Shown piece by piece: positions 17,453 through 27,692 of a stretch of 64,000 nucleotides of DNA (the first letter of the stretch is position 1; each line of letters starts with the position of its first letter). The translations under genes were made by a program, and so were the position numbers. The stretch is taken from the sequence record NC_020077.1; one strand, written 5' to 3'. Below the pieces are notes generated by a model. That model searched no databases. It saw only the letters and a list, made by a program, of their open reading frames with translations, and was not told where the DNA came from.

Positions 17453-18547
17453 GTGGCAAAGATGGCATATTTACACTTTATAATGCGCAACTCTCTACTT
17501 AAAAAGGTAAACGAAGAAGCTACCCGCTTAAATGTAAAACGAACACTTTTAATGAAAGCTGCAATTCGGGCGTTTATTGAAAACCCTCCAGAAACCATAC
17601 AACCGTTACCAAATGCAATCGGCGGATTTGGACGAAAAGAAACAACACAAATTTTCTTAACACTGCCAGAAGACACTTTAGAAAAGATTTATTCTTACGC
17701 CACTGCAAAAGGACTATCAATAAGAAAGGTAGCGGAGAAGGCAGTAGCTGATTTCCTTAACTTGTCTGATGAACAGAAACTAATTTATATAAATAAGGAG
17801 ATGGAAAGACTTATAGAGAAGAGAAAGGGAAAACTAGACAAAGAGTCTACACTACAATTGCTAGAGCCCGAGGCTTCAAAAGATCCTTCTCTGCTGGTTC
17901 CAATAAGTTTTAAATGTATAGATGATTTACGTAAACTACTTGCAAAAGAAGCACATGAAAGAGGAACAACGGCGAGTGAACTTGTAAGAAGAGCTGTTGA
18001 AGAATTTTTACGAAAACATGGTGATAACCTTGAGGAAATCAAAAAGCTGCATGAGGCTACTAAAGACTTGTATTATAGCGAAGTTGAGGACAAAATATGT
18101 ACTTTAAAAATGCCAGCGTATATGGCAGTACAATTGGCAAAAATAGCTAATAAGATGAATGTGTCTAAGTCTGCGTTAATTCGCCTTGCGATCGTGAAAT
18201 ATCTGAACCTGAGTGACACAAAGCCACAAAAACAAACAGAGCCACAAAAACACATAAGCTTCGGGTGTGCGGCTAGCCTTGTTTCAATGTTAGAAGAAGA
18301 GTCTAAAAAAGCTAACACCGCAAAAGCTGCAATTGTAAGGGAGGCAGTAACGAGGCTTTTACAGCATAGTGTTGATGAGATAAGAGAGTTAAGTAGAAGA
18401 AATCCGGCTTGTTCAGCCGACTATACAGTTTCCGTAATGCTTCCTGAGAGTCTTAATACTCAGCTAGATATTATTGCAGAAAAAGTAAGGACTACTAAGA
18501 ACGATCTGATGAGGACTGCATTAGCAGTTTATTTCTGGTTGGTATAA
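17453..18547 (+). CDS. Six-RHH protein
   Basis: Colinear paralog of ORF16380. Confidence 0.85.
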   Translation: MAKMAYLHFIMRNSLLKKVNEEATRLNVKRTLLMKAAIRAFIENPPETIQPLPNAIGGFGRKETTQIFLTLPEDTLEKIYSYATAKGLSIRKVAEKAVADFLNLSDEQKLIYINKEMERLIEKRKGKLDKESTLQLLEPEASKDPSLLVPISFKCIDDLRKLLAKEAHERGTTASELVRRAVEEFLRKHGDNLEEIKKLHEATKDLYYSEVEDKICTLKMPAYMAVQLAKIANKMNVSKSALIRLAIVKYLNLSDTKPQKQTEPQKHISFGCAASLVSMLEEESKKANTAKAAIVREAVTRLLQHSVDEIRELSRRNPACSADYTVSVMLPESLNTQLDIIAEKVRTTKNDLMRTALAVYFWLV

Positions 18548-18558
18548 GGGTGATATAA

Positions 18559-19770
18559 ATGGCATCTATCGAGTTCATTATCCCTGAAACATTATTAGAT
18601 AAAGTAAAGGAAGAGGCAAAACGATTTTATGTTAGTGACAAACTTCTGATGAAGGCTGCTATTATTGCATTTATTGAAAATTCTACTGATGCTATAAAAC
18701 CATTACCACTTAATTATAATAAAAAAGAAGAAGAGTTGAAACTTATTCGCTTAGACTTACCAGAAGATATTGCGCAAAAGGTTCATCTTTACAGCAAGAT
18801 AAAAGGATTTCCGATTCGAAGGATCATTAGTAGTATGGTAGATAACTTCCTTAATCTTAATGATGAACGGAAAAAGTTCTATATAGATGAATTAAAAACA
18901 ATACTACCTAGCCTTAAAGTTGGTGCTTGGCGTATAATAAAACTGAAAGAAGCTTTAGCTTCAGGAAATCTTGATTCGCTAATTCAAGTAAGCTTTAAGT
19001 GTAATAAAGAGTTATACGTACTGCTTAAGGACGAGGCATTGAGAAAACATATAATGATAAATGTACTTGTAAGGCAGGTTGTTGATGATTTTGTGCAAAA
19101 GTATGGTGATAATCATGAGGTAATAAAAAAGATGCATAAAGTTGCTAATCACCTCTTTTATGGAAAGATTAACGATAGGGCTCTCGATGTAGAGTTGTCC
19201 GCACGTGTCTTACTGCAATTGGAAAAAATTTCGAGACAGACGCTAGTTTCTAAAAACGATATTATTCGCCTTGCGATTATGAGTCATTTGAATTTACTGA
19301 ACGAGAGCGTCCTTGAACGGCCAATTTTTATAAAAAACGATCTACCACAACAAAATAATAAAGACAACCAGGCACAGACAGATAGTTTTATTAATATACT
19401 GTTGCCAAATAAACTTTACAATTTATTAAAGAGATATGTAATGCCTAACTACGAAGCCAATAAGGAAAGAGAGATTAAGTCTGTAGTCAGTAATGTTGTG
19501 ACAGAAGTAATAACACAGTGGGCAAAAGAGCGTTTTTCCGAAAGCGGCGATGTTGAAACTTACGTAGTATGGCAAATAATTTTGGGCGATTTAAAAATGA
19601 GCTTTTACCCTAGCCTAAAAAGAGGCACAATAGTAAAGAAGCAAGATATCCTAGATGCGATGAAGAATATAAAATATGTATTAGATGAAACAAGGTTATT
19701 TAAAACCTTTAAGGAACGCGGTTATCTAGAGGAGATCGATAATGATAATGTTAAGATTCTACTTCTGTGA
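18559..19770 (+). CDS. Five-RHH protein with C-terminal winged-helix-like domain
   Basis: Four RHH units, an extended fifth (FINILLPNKLYNLLKRYV), and a C-terminus ending FKERGYLEEIDNDNVKILLL. Confidence 0.8.
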   Translation: MASIEFIIPETLLDKVKEEAKRFYVSDKLLMKAAIIAFIENSTDAIKPLPLNYNKKEEELKLIRLDLPEDIAQKVHLYSKIKGFPIRRIISSMVDNFLNLNDERKKFYIDELKTILPSLKVGAWRIIKLKEALASGNLDSLIQVSFKCNKELYVLLKDEALRKHIMINVLVRQVVDDFVQKYGDNHEVIKKMHKVANHLFYGKINDRALDVELSARVLLQLEKISRQTLVSKNDIIRLAIMSHLNLLNESVLERPIFIKNDLPQQNNKDNQAQTDSFINILLPNKLYNLLKRYVMPNYEANKEREIKSVVSNVVTEVITQWAKERFSESGDVETYVVWQIILGDLKMSFYPSLKRGTIVKKQDILDAMKNIKYVLDETRLFKTFKERGYLEEIDNDNVKILLL

Positions 19771-19785
19771 GTTTTTCGCCAACTT

Positions 19786-20865
19786 TTGGTGATGAAGATG
19801 GCATATTTAGACTTTTATATGCATAATTCTTTATTAAATAAAGTAAAGGAAGAAGCAAAACGGCTTAATGTAAGTGACAAACTTCTGATGAAGGCCGCTA
19901 TTATTGCATTTGTTGAAAATCCTACCGATTCTATAAAACCATTACCAGATGGTAATCATAACAACGGAAAGGTAGTAAGAGTTATCATAAAGCTTTCAGA
20001 AGACATTATCAATAAATTTATACTTTATGCGAAGTCCAAAAATGCTACAATTAAAGAAGTTGCTGAAAATGCGATAGCTAACTTCCTTACTCTAGGCGAT
20101 GAGCAGAAAAGGCCCTATATAGAAGAAGAAAAAAGGCAGTTAGCCGAAGCTAGGAAAAAATTAGCTGAACTTAATAAAAAGGAAATGCAAAAGAAGTCTT
20201 CAACACAGCTGCAAGCTGATATAGGGCCAAACAGCCTTATTATAATGTCCTTTAAATGCAATCCTAACTTATACAAACTACTTGAAAATGAGGCAATGAA
20301 AAGACGCGTAGCAGTTGCAGAGCTCATAAGAAATGCTGTTGCGGATTTTCTACAGAAATATGGGAATAATTATGATGAAATTATTAGATTATATTTTGCG
20401 GTCGATCTCTTCTTTTCTAAAAATAATACGAGTAATATTGGTACTAAAATATGTATCGTAAAAATGCCAGCATATATGGCATCAGAATTAGAAAAAATTG
20501 CAAGACAAACATCAGTCACAAAAAGTGGTGTTATTCGCCTTGCGATTATGAACCATTTGAATTTGTTAAATGGAAGTGTCACAGAACAACAGAAGATTAC
20601 ACAAAATGAGGCAGCAAATGATCCGCCTAATGATCCGCCACAACAAAATAATAAAGATGAACTCTTACGAGCAAGTCGTTTTATTAGTGTGTCTTTACCA
20701 GAACCACTTTATAATTTACTAAAGAAATATGTAATGCTTAAGTATAATGTTAATAAGGAAAGAGAGATTAAGTCTATAGTCAGTAACATTATAGCAGAAG
20801 TATTGGCACAGTGGTCACAAGAGCATTTCTCCAAAAGCGGCGATGTTGAAACTCGTGTTCGGTAA
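19786..20865 (+). CDS. Five-RHH protein, C-terminal domain missing
   Basis: Matches 18559 and 21351 up to GDVET, then stops (GDVETRVR*). Confidence 0.8.
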   Translation: MVMKMAYLDFYMHNSLLNKVKEEAKRLNVSDKLLMKAAIIAFVENPTDSIKPLPDGNHNNGKVVRVIIKLSEDIINKFILYAKSKNATIKEVAENAIANFLTLGDEQKRPYIEEEKRQLAEARKKLAELNKKEMQKKSSTQLQADIGPNSLIIMSFKCNPNLYKLLENEAMKRRVAVAELIRNAVADFLQKYGNNYDEIIRLYFAVDLFFSKNNTSNIGTKICIVKMPAYMASELEKIARQTSVTKSGVIRLAIMNHLNLLNGSVTEQQKITQNEAANDPPNDPPQQNNKDELLRASRFISVSLPEPLYNLLKKYVMLKYNVNKEREIKSIVSNIIAEVLAQWSQEHFSKSGDVETRVR

Positions 20866-20950
20866 ACCTTGTCATGTCAGTTCTGCAAATTTACCAAAGT
20901 CCCTTTTTCCCCTTGTGTCTTTTCTTACTACCGTTTATGATTTTGCGTAA

Positions 20951-20995
20951 TTTTACGTATTTGACTATGAAGCTCATGGTAGAAAGTTTTATAAG
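20951..20995 (+). promoter_or_regulatory. Class II promoter; 20890-21028 duplicates 15920-16056
   Basis: TTTTACGT at 20951, TAGAAAGTTTTATAAG at 20980. Confidence 0.85.
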
Positions 20996-21028
20996 CTTAA
21001 ATGGTCACAGTAATAGTCGGTAGGAAAA

Positions 21029-21349
21029 ATGTCAAGTAAAGAGTATTTAAAACAAACAAGCTTTAAGTGTGAGGATAGTCTGTTTTTAAAGACTGAGGAA
21101 GAGTCTAAAAAAACTAATACTACAAAAGCCACAATTGTAAGGGAGGCAGTGAAACAACTTTTACAGCATAGGGTCGATGAAATAAGGGAGTTAAGTAAAA
21201 AAACTTCTCCCTATTCAGGTGGCTATATAGTTTCCATAATACTTCCTGAGAGTCTCAACGCCCAACTAGATGCTATTGCAGGAAAAGTAAGGACTAGTAG
21301 AAGCAATCTCATACGGACTGCATTAGCAGCCTATTTCAGGCTAGTTTAG
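21029..21349 (+). CDS. Two-RHH protein
   Basis: 106-aa paralog of ORF16057; its 3' part is nearly identical in DNA to the end of ORF16380. Confidence 0.85.
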   Translation: MSSKEYLKQTSFKCEDSLFLKTEEESKKTNTTKATIVREAVKQLLQHRVDEIRELSKKTSPYSGGYIVSIILPESLNAQLDAIAGKVRTSRSNLIRTALAAYFRLV

Positions 21350-21350
21350 C

Positions 21351-22634
21351 GTGATGAGAATGAAGTCTCTGATCTTCATCATCCCTAACGCCTTGTTAGA
21401 TAAAGTAGTAGAAGAGGCAGAACGGCTTGGTGTATCTGGTGCGCTTTTGATGAGGGCGGCTATTATTGCATTTGCCGAAAATCCTATCTACTTTATAGAA
21501 CCACTGCCACCCAATTATAATAAAGAGGAGTTAAAAGGAATTTCTTTAAAATTACCCGAAGATATTATAAAGAAGATTCATCTTTATGCCAACTCAAGAG
21601 GATTTTCGATCAGGAGAATAGTTTGGAGCATGATAGATCACTTTCTTACTCTTGATGATGAGCAGAAAATGTTTTATATAAAAAAAGTAAAAGAAATATT
21701 ATCTAGAACTAGGATTGGGCGAAAACGCAAAACAAAACTACAAGAGACTATTGTTTTTGGAGATCTTAACGCGTTAGTTGGGACAAGCTTTGCGTGTAGT
21801 AACGAGTTGCACAACCTCATTGAGAATGAAGCAATAAAAAAACACATAACAATAAGTGAGCTTATAAGAGAGACTATTAATGAGTTTTTGAAAAAATATA
21901 GTAATAATTTTGAGGAAATCAGAAAGCTGCATGAGACTGCTAGCAATTTATTTTCTGGAGAGGATCCTCAAAGAGTGATCACTGTAAAGTTACCTGCACA
22001 TGTTTTACTGCAATTGGAAAAAATTTCGGGAAAGACACTAGTTCCTAAAGGCATTATTATTCGTCTCGCAATTATGAACCATTTTAATTTACTGAATAGA
22101 ATCGTCACAAAACAACGGAAGGCCACACAAAATGAAGCAGCAAATGATCCGCCTGATGATCCGCCACCACAAAATTATAAACCCAAACCTAGATGGGCAG
22201 GAGGTTTTGTCAGTGTGTTGTTACCAGAACCACTTTATGACTTACTGAAAGAGTATGTAATGCTTAAGTATCATCGCGGTTTTATACTAAGCATTAATGA
22301 AGTCATTAGTGAAGTTACGATTAAGTTTGAAGTTAGCGAAATTGCAACAAAAATATTGAAACAGTGGGCAAAGAGACGATTCTCTGGAAAGTCTGACGTT
22401 CAAACTTACGTAGTATGGCAAATAATTTTGGGCGATTTAAAAATGAGCTTTTACCCTGGCCTAAAAAGAGGCACAATAGTAAAGAAGCAAGATATTCTAG
22501 ATGCGATGAAGAATATAAAATTAAAATCTGTCATAAACAAAACGGAGTTGTTTGAGGAGTTGTTTGAGATATTTAAGGAACGCGGTTACCTAAAGGAGAT
22601 CGATAATGATAATGTCAAGATTTTACTTCTGTGA
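21351..22634 (+). CDS. Five-RHH protein with C-terminal winged-helix-like domain
   Basis: Paralog of 18559; 3' DNA (about 22404-22634) is nearly identical to about 19560-19770. Confidence 0.8.
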   Translation: MMRMKSLIFIIPNALLDKVVEEAERLGVSGALLMRAAIIAFAENPIYFIEPLPPNYNKEELKGISLKLPEDIIKKIHLYANSRGFSIRRIVWSMIDHFLTLDDEQKMFYIKKVKEILSRTRIGRKRKTKLQETIVFGDLNALVGTSFACSNELHNLIENEAIKKHITISELIRETINEFLKKYSNNFEEIRKLHETASNLFSGEDPQRVITVKLPAHVLLQLEKISGKTLVPKGIIIRLAIMNHFNLLNRIVTKQRKATQNEAANDPPDDPPPQNYKPKPRWAGGFVSVLLPEPLYDLLKEYVMLKYHRGFILSINEVISEVTIKFEVSEIATKILKQWAKRRFSGKSDVQTYVVWQIILGDLKMSFYPGLKRGTIVKKQDILDAMKNIKLKSVINKTELFEELFEIFKERGYLKEIDNDNVKILLL

Positions 22635-22737
22635 GTTTTTGGTAAATCTACAAAATTATCATGGCAATTTGGTAATTTTGGTGAAGTCCCTTTTTTCCCT
22701 TATGTTTTTGTGAGTATCGTGTTAAATTAACATGTGA

Positions 22738-22782
22738 TTTTACGTTTTTCACTATTGAGTTCATGATAGAAAGTTTTATAAG
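22738..22782 (+). promoter_or_regulatory. Class II promoter
   Basis: TTTTACGT at 22738, TAGAAAGTTTTATAAG at 22767. Confidence 0.85.
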
Positions 22783-22814
22783 CTTAAATGAACACAATAA
22801 TAATTGGTGGTAAA

Positions 22815-23621
22815 ATGTTTGAGATCCAATCCGAATCCGAAAGAACACAACTCCATTTAAAGGTGAAAGAAAAGACTTTAGAAGACTTAGTATATTACAC
22901 GTTAAGAAACAGCGTTACGTTATATAAGAAAGGCCTATTGCCTTTCGCATTTTACAACTACAAAATAGATAGGATAAAGAAAGATATGACAAAGATTTAT
23001 CAAACAACATATGCAATAACTTTAAGCGTTAGACTATATAACACTGCCAGCAAAGAAAAACTAAAAATAATGTTCACTTTCATTTTCGAAATAAATGTCG
23101 ATCATAGCAGCGAGTACTTGTTTGACCCAGATGCGTCTGAAGATAGATTATTGATAATAACAATGCCAGGCTTATCTCCACTAATTTATGACTTCGCTGA
23201 CTTTATCGAAAGGGCTGACTTTACCTATGATCCTCTAGCTTATGTTGAATCAAATAAAGAAGTTAAGGAGAATATGATAAATATAGCAATGAAGAAGCTA
23301 AAAAGATACACTATACCTATAGGCGATGAGGCCTTTATTGAGGCTGATGTGTTTTATGCAGATAGAAAAATAGACTTAGATGCTGCTAGTATGTTAGGGA
23401 GTAATAATTGGACACTTACAGAGAAAAAAGTTAATTTGGCTGATTACAATGATGATATACAGGCTGTGATAAAGGCTTATGCTGAAGAGTTAAATAAAAT
23501 GTTTCATGACTTGATACGAAACGGAGAAACTAAAATATTTGCTGTAAAGTATAAGGATAAATTGACCATGCATCTTATAGCACCTGTCTCTAAAAAGGAA
23601 AATTACCTATTCGCCACGTAG
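22815..23621 (+). CDS. Hypothetical protein (start moved to ATG 22815)
   Basis: GGTGGT RBS before the ATG; long ORF. Confidence 0.75.
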   Translation: MFEIQSESERTQLHLKVKEKTLEDLVYYTLRNSVTLYKKGLLPFAFYNYKIDRIKKDMTKIYQTTYAITLSVRLYNTASKEKLKIMFTFIFEINVDHSSEYLFDPDASEDRLLIITMPGLSPLIYDFADFIERADFTYDPLAYVESNKEVKENMINIAMKKLKRYTIPIGDEAFIEADVFYADRKIDLDAASMLGSNNWTLTEKKVNLADYNDDIQAVIKAYAEELNKMFHDLIRNGETKIFAVKYKDKLTMHLIAPVSKKENYLFAT

Positions 23622-23631
23622 GTGACCCATC

Positions 23632-24615
23632 ATGCCTTATTTAACGTTTAGAATCCCACGAGGTTTGATAGAGATAATGAAAACACTTCAAGAGGAGCGA
23701 AAAGAAACTCAAGACCTAATAGTCACTAGGGCCCTGGAGAGATTTTTTGAAAAGTACAAAAATGAAAGCTTCGGAATTGCGCATCGAGAAGTAAAGAAAA
23801 TAGAGCCAAAGCTGATTACTGGCCCACTGCGACTTGAGAATCTAGTTACTGTTTCATTACCAGATGATATGGTAAAGAGGCTAAACGAGTACATGAAACA
23901 GAATAAAGTGAGCTCTAGAGATTTAGTTGTTTCTACCGCGCTTACTGATTACCTTTATGATCTTACCATGAGAAAAAGTGAGAAGGTGGAATTTTCTTTT
24001 TACATCAACAGTGAGCTTTATAGAAAGCTTAAGGATATAGTACGATTTACTACTAAGGGCGTTAAGGATATTATACCAGACATAGTAAAATGGTTTTTAG
24101 ATAATTACGGAGACCGTGACCTTGCTCAGATAATTAAGGATAAGATAGAAAATAAGGATGAAATATACAAGGGTAATACGGCTGTCTACACAGTGATACC
24201 ACGGGGCCTTAAGAGACGTTTATATAATTATGCGCATAAGCATGGATTTTCGCTGTTAACTGCTCTTCGTGTTGCGATAATTCTGTACTTAAAAAAGGTT
24301 GAAGAGGGTAAGATAAAGCTTAATGAGACTAAGATTGAAGAAGTAAATCAAGATACGCAAAAGGAAAAACAGATAAACGAGATTGTTGAATCACTTGATA
24401 AATTGCAAAAAGAGCTTAAAGAACTAAAGGAGAAAAAAGAAGGAAATGATTCACATGCTCGTCTCGTTAATACTAAACTAGAGGTCATAAAGTTAGGCAT
24501 TAAAAGCGGTGCCGATGCTGATGAGATTATGAATGTAGTAAAGACAATTGATAAAATGAAGGATGAAGCAAAGGAAAAGAAGGAGAAATTGGAAAAGGAT
24601 AATAATTTGACATAA
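23632..24615 (+). CDS. Four-RHH protein with C-terminal coiled coil
   Basis: YLTFRIPRGL, VTVSLPDDM, FSFYINSEL and VYTVIPRGL units. Confidence 0.8.
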   Translation: MPYLTFRIPRGLIEIMKTLQEERKETQDLIVTRALERFFEKYKNESFGIAHREVKKIEPKLITGPLRLENLVTVSLPDDMVKRLNEYMKQNKVSSRDLVVSTALTDYLYDLTMRKSEKVEFSFYINSELYRKLKDIVRFTTKGVKDIIPDIVKWFLDNYGDRDLAQIIKDKIENKDEIYKGNTAVYTVIPRGLKRRLYNYAHKHGFSLLTALRVAIILYLKKVEEGKIKLNETKIEEVNQDTQKEKQINEIVESLDKLQKELKELKEKKEGNDSHARLVNTKLEVIKLGIKSGADADEIMNVVKTIDKMKDEAKEKKEKLEKDNNLT

Positions 24616-24627
24616 TAGCTTATTCTG

Positions 24628-26034
24628 ATGAACCCAATCTTAAATTTCCTGAAGAACGCTAACATTCCTATTGTTTCCATTATATCATCATTCATCTTCT
24701 TTGTTGTCGCTGCAAAGCTTTCAACCCCGGCATTTTTTGGACAAGTAGCTATAATTCAGCTGTTTTCCACTGCGGTCTCATTGCTTGAACTAGTCAATAC
24801 TTCTATTGTCTCGCGAGAAATCGCATATCAACTTGCCAAGAACGAGCTAGACAAGAAGTTCATAAGTACTGCCATTATCACATCATTTTTAATCTCGCCG
24901 CTCTTTCTCGCCTTATTGGCCTTTTCTAACTATCTCAGATTTTTAATTCCTTATTTAATTCTCTTTTTGCTATATCATTATCTAACTGCCATTCTAATAG
25001 GCTTGAATAAATTTACTGAAAACATGATTTCATGGAGCATATTTTTCGTAATACGCTGGGGCGTATCAGTAATTGCAGTAATTTTTAACAGTATTTTACT
25101 CTTCATCGCAATCTGGACTCTCGCGGCGTTAATATGTGACATTTATTCGCTTCTAGTAGTGATAAAGAGCATTTCCGGTTTGCCTTTCGCCTTTGACAAG
25201 ACTCTTTTCAAAAGATTAGTTAAAGAGAGTTATGCGCTTAACCTAAAGAGCATTGCTAGCTTTTTCAGTACACAAGGCGATAGGCTAATAGTTGTCTCAC
25301 TCCTAGGTACTTATTTTTTGGCCATTTACCAATTCGCTGCGTTATTGGCAGATGTGCCGGGAATGATCTTAAGGGCTGTTAACGATTCAGTTCTTGTTTC
25401 TTCTTCTTATTTCAAGGCTAAAGGCGCTGATGAGTTGCGAATGAGTAGGTTAACGTTTAAGGCAGTGGCAATTCTAACATTCGTGACCGCAATAGTGTTT
25501 TTAGCATTAGTGCGCTTTTTAGTGCCCACATTTTTCCCTGCATACAAGGCCAGCTTAGATGCGCTTTCCATCCTTTCGCTTTCTTTTATTTTTTCAATAC
25601 CATTTCTTGTTCTCACACAATTCATCATTTCGTACAAGAGAGATCTTAGGCTATTTACGTTAATTTCTCTGATTGATGCTGTATTAGTTGTATTAACATC
25701 CATTGCATTAGTTCCAAGGTTAGGAATCTTAGGCGCTGCCATTTCGCAATTGATTGTCGCAGTGGTCAATAACGTTTTGAATCTTCTCTATTCTCTGCAT
25801 GTAAAGGTGTTTAAAGTTGGAAAGAAAGAGTTATTGCTGATGATCATGATGCCAGTCATCTTTGTTTATGAGTTGTTTTTTGACAAAGCTTATTTCAGCG
25901 TGTTGCTATTATTTGTGCTGTTTGTCTTGTTCAAGCTAACCAAAATTTTCAATAAGCATGAGAAGGATGTAATTACCTATTTTATTGAGAAAAAACTTAG
26001 TTTTACTAAAAGATTTTTTGAAGTGATTTTTTGA
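24628..26034 (+). CDS. Wzx/MOP-family oligosaccharide flippase-like membrane protein
   Basis: 468 aa, about 12-14 hydrophobic segments; LSTPAFFGQVAI, GDRLIVVSLLGTYFLAIYQFA and PRLGILGAAISQ are typical of PST exporters. Confidence 0.8.
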   Translation: MNPILNFLKNANIPIVSIISSFIFFVVAAKLSTPAFFGQVAIIQLFSTAVSLLELVNTSIVSREIAYQLAKNELDKKFISTAIITSFLISPLFLALLAFSNYLRFLIPYLILFLLYHYLTAILIGLNKFTENMISWSIFFVIRWGVSVIAVIFNSILLFIAIWTLAALICDIYSLLVVIKSISGLPFAFDKTLFKRLVKESYALNLKSIASFFSTQGDRLIVVSLLGTYFLAIYQFAALLADVPGMILRAVNDSVLVSSSYFKAKGADELRMSRLTFKAVAILTFVTAIVFLALVRFLVPTFFPAYKASLDALSILSLSFIFSIPFLVLTQFIISYKRDLRLFTLISLIDAVLVVLTSIALVPRLGILGAAISQLIVAVVNNVLNLLYSLHVKVFKVGKKELLLMIMMPVIFVYELFFDKAYFSVLLLFVLFVLFKLTKIFNKHEKDVITYFIEKKLSFTKRFFEVIF

Positions 26035-26229
26035 TTAAAGTTTATTTCTCCCAAAGGAAGGAAATTTTGTTATCATACGGCCCCAAGATAACAGAAGATC
26101 CGGTTACGAAGTTATCTTTTGATCGATTTTAGTGAAGAAAGATAACAAAGAACGAATAAGCAAAAATCCCCTTAGTTTAGAATATTTTAAGCACAATAAT
26201 TTTTTAATCGCGTTTTGCAATTTTACCAT

Positions 26230-26547
26230 ATGAGTGGGCACACATTAGAACTTATACTAAAACCGATTGATTTTCGTAAAGTTACAACAAAAGAAGAAAA
26301 AGAAGCTATAAAAAAATATGTTAATAGAAATTATGAGATAATAGAAGTTAATAAAAATGAGCAAGAAATAGAAATAAAAATCACATATAATAAGCTACCA
26401 GATACTGTTTTAATCAAAGATAGCTTAATAAATGATTGTGTATTAAATTACAAGATTGGTAGACTCGTAGTCAGACGTAAAGCAATGTATATTAAACTTG
26501 TTCCTGGAAAGCTTGTGGAACGTAAATCAGTCTCTACTTCATTATAG
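26230..26547 (+). CDS. Hypothetical protein (probable ATG 26230)
   Basis: ORF with an upstream TATA-like sequence. Confidence 0.6.
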   Translation: MSGHTLELILKPIDFRKVTTKEEKEAIKKYVNRNYEIIEVNKNEQEIEIKITYNKLPDTVLIKDSLINDCVLNYKIGRLVVRRKAMYIKLVPGKLVERKSVSTSL

Positions 26548-26592
26548 AAAGTTTTATAAGTTTAAATGTTGATCATATTTATGGTGGGAAAA

Positions 26593-26895
26593 ATGTTGAA
26601 GGCAATTCCTTTTGAAATAAACTACAAAATGCTCTTTCTAGACCTCGATGAAGAGACTAATGACGTGTATGCCTACTTGACAGACCCAAAGCTAAAGCTA
26701 GAAAGGCGTGAAAAATTTAGAGAATTCACTGAGTTCAAAAACTTCATCGATGAGTTAAGTAGAGACTACATCATAAAGCCTGTAGCTGGCTATGTCAATC
26801 AAAATGGTAATGAGCCTCAACTATCATTTTTGATAGTTGTACTATTCAAAAAGCTTGTAGCTGCTGACGTTCAATATACAACAACAGTGAATTAA
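26593..26895 (+). CDS. Hypothetical protein (probable ATG 26593)
   Basis: Class II 16-mer at 26545; GGTGGG RBS. Confidence 0.75.
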   Translation: MLKAIPFEINYKMLFLDLDEETNDVYAYLTDPKLKLERREKFREFTEFKNFIDELSRDYIIKPVAGYVNQNGNEPQLSFLIVVLFKKLVAADVQYTTTVN

Positions 26896-26910
26896 CTGGG
26901 GGGTTAAAAG

Positions 26911-27666
26911 ATGGCAGAAGAGGCTGAGAAATTAAAACTCCTAGTTGGTCATTTTAAGGATTTGGCATTAGCAAAAGAGTTCTTAATGCAAGTTACGCCC
27001 CAAAAGCTTGGCACGATTAAGTATTCATATACAGTGGCCATTTCACAAAACACTGGACTAGAGTTCATTCCAACTGAAGCTAAAATAAATCCAATCGTCA
27101 TAGGGGATGCACAACGTAAATATGTGAAAAAACTCGTAACAGAAAAAACAACAGCCCTTTCACAAAACATGCTAACAGCACCAAAAAACTTGAACAATCG
27201 TACGATTTCCAGCCTTTACACACGTGCCGAAACTTATGGCGACCTCTTGTTTGGAATGCGTAAATTGCTTTGGAAAATGCAAGATGATATAAGAGAAGCT
27301 GGAAAAGAGGCAAACCTCTTACCTAGCTTAAAAGTAATGCAAATAAACACGTTAAGATTGCTTTTCAACGTATGTATGGAATTTATGCTCAGAAGAGGGA
27401 ATATAGTTACATTTGATTACGATAAAGGATCAGTTCTTCTTTATAGATTAGCAGATCAAAATGGTGTTTTGACTTTCGCCAACTACAGTGAAATAGTGTA
27501 TGCGAATGATCTCGCGTTTGATTTTCCAGCGCAAAAGCTAGTAGAAATAGAGTCACATTTAAGGGCAAGGGAAATGGTCCCACTCGTTAACACAGTAATG
27601 AAATTGGTACATTGGGTGTTTGACTTTACTTATGATTATTTGAATGGTAGAAAACATATTTTATAA
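26911..27666 (+). CDS. Hypothetical protein
   Basis: 251 aa; GGGGG RBS. Confidence 0.75.
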   Translation: MAEEAEKLKLLVGHFKDLALAKEFLMQVTPQKLGTIKYSYTVAISQNTGLEFIPTEAKINPIVIGDAQRKYVKKLVTEKTTALSQNMLTAPKNLNNRTISSLYTRAETYGDLLFGMRKLLWKMQDDIREAGKEANLLPSLKVMQINTLRLLFNVCMEFMLRRGNIVTFDYDKGSVLLYRLADQNGVLTFANYSEIVYANDLAFDFPAQKLVEIESHLRAREMVPLVNTVMKLVHWVFDFTYDYLNGRKHIL

Positions 27667-27692
27667 GGTTCTTCATTAGAGAGGGTTCCAAA

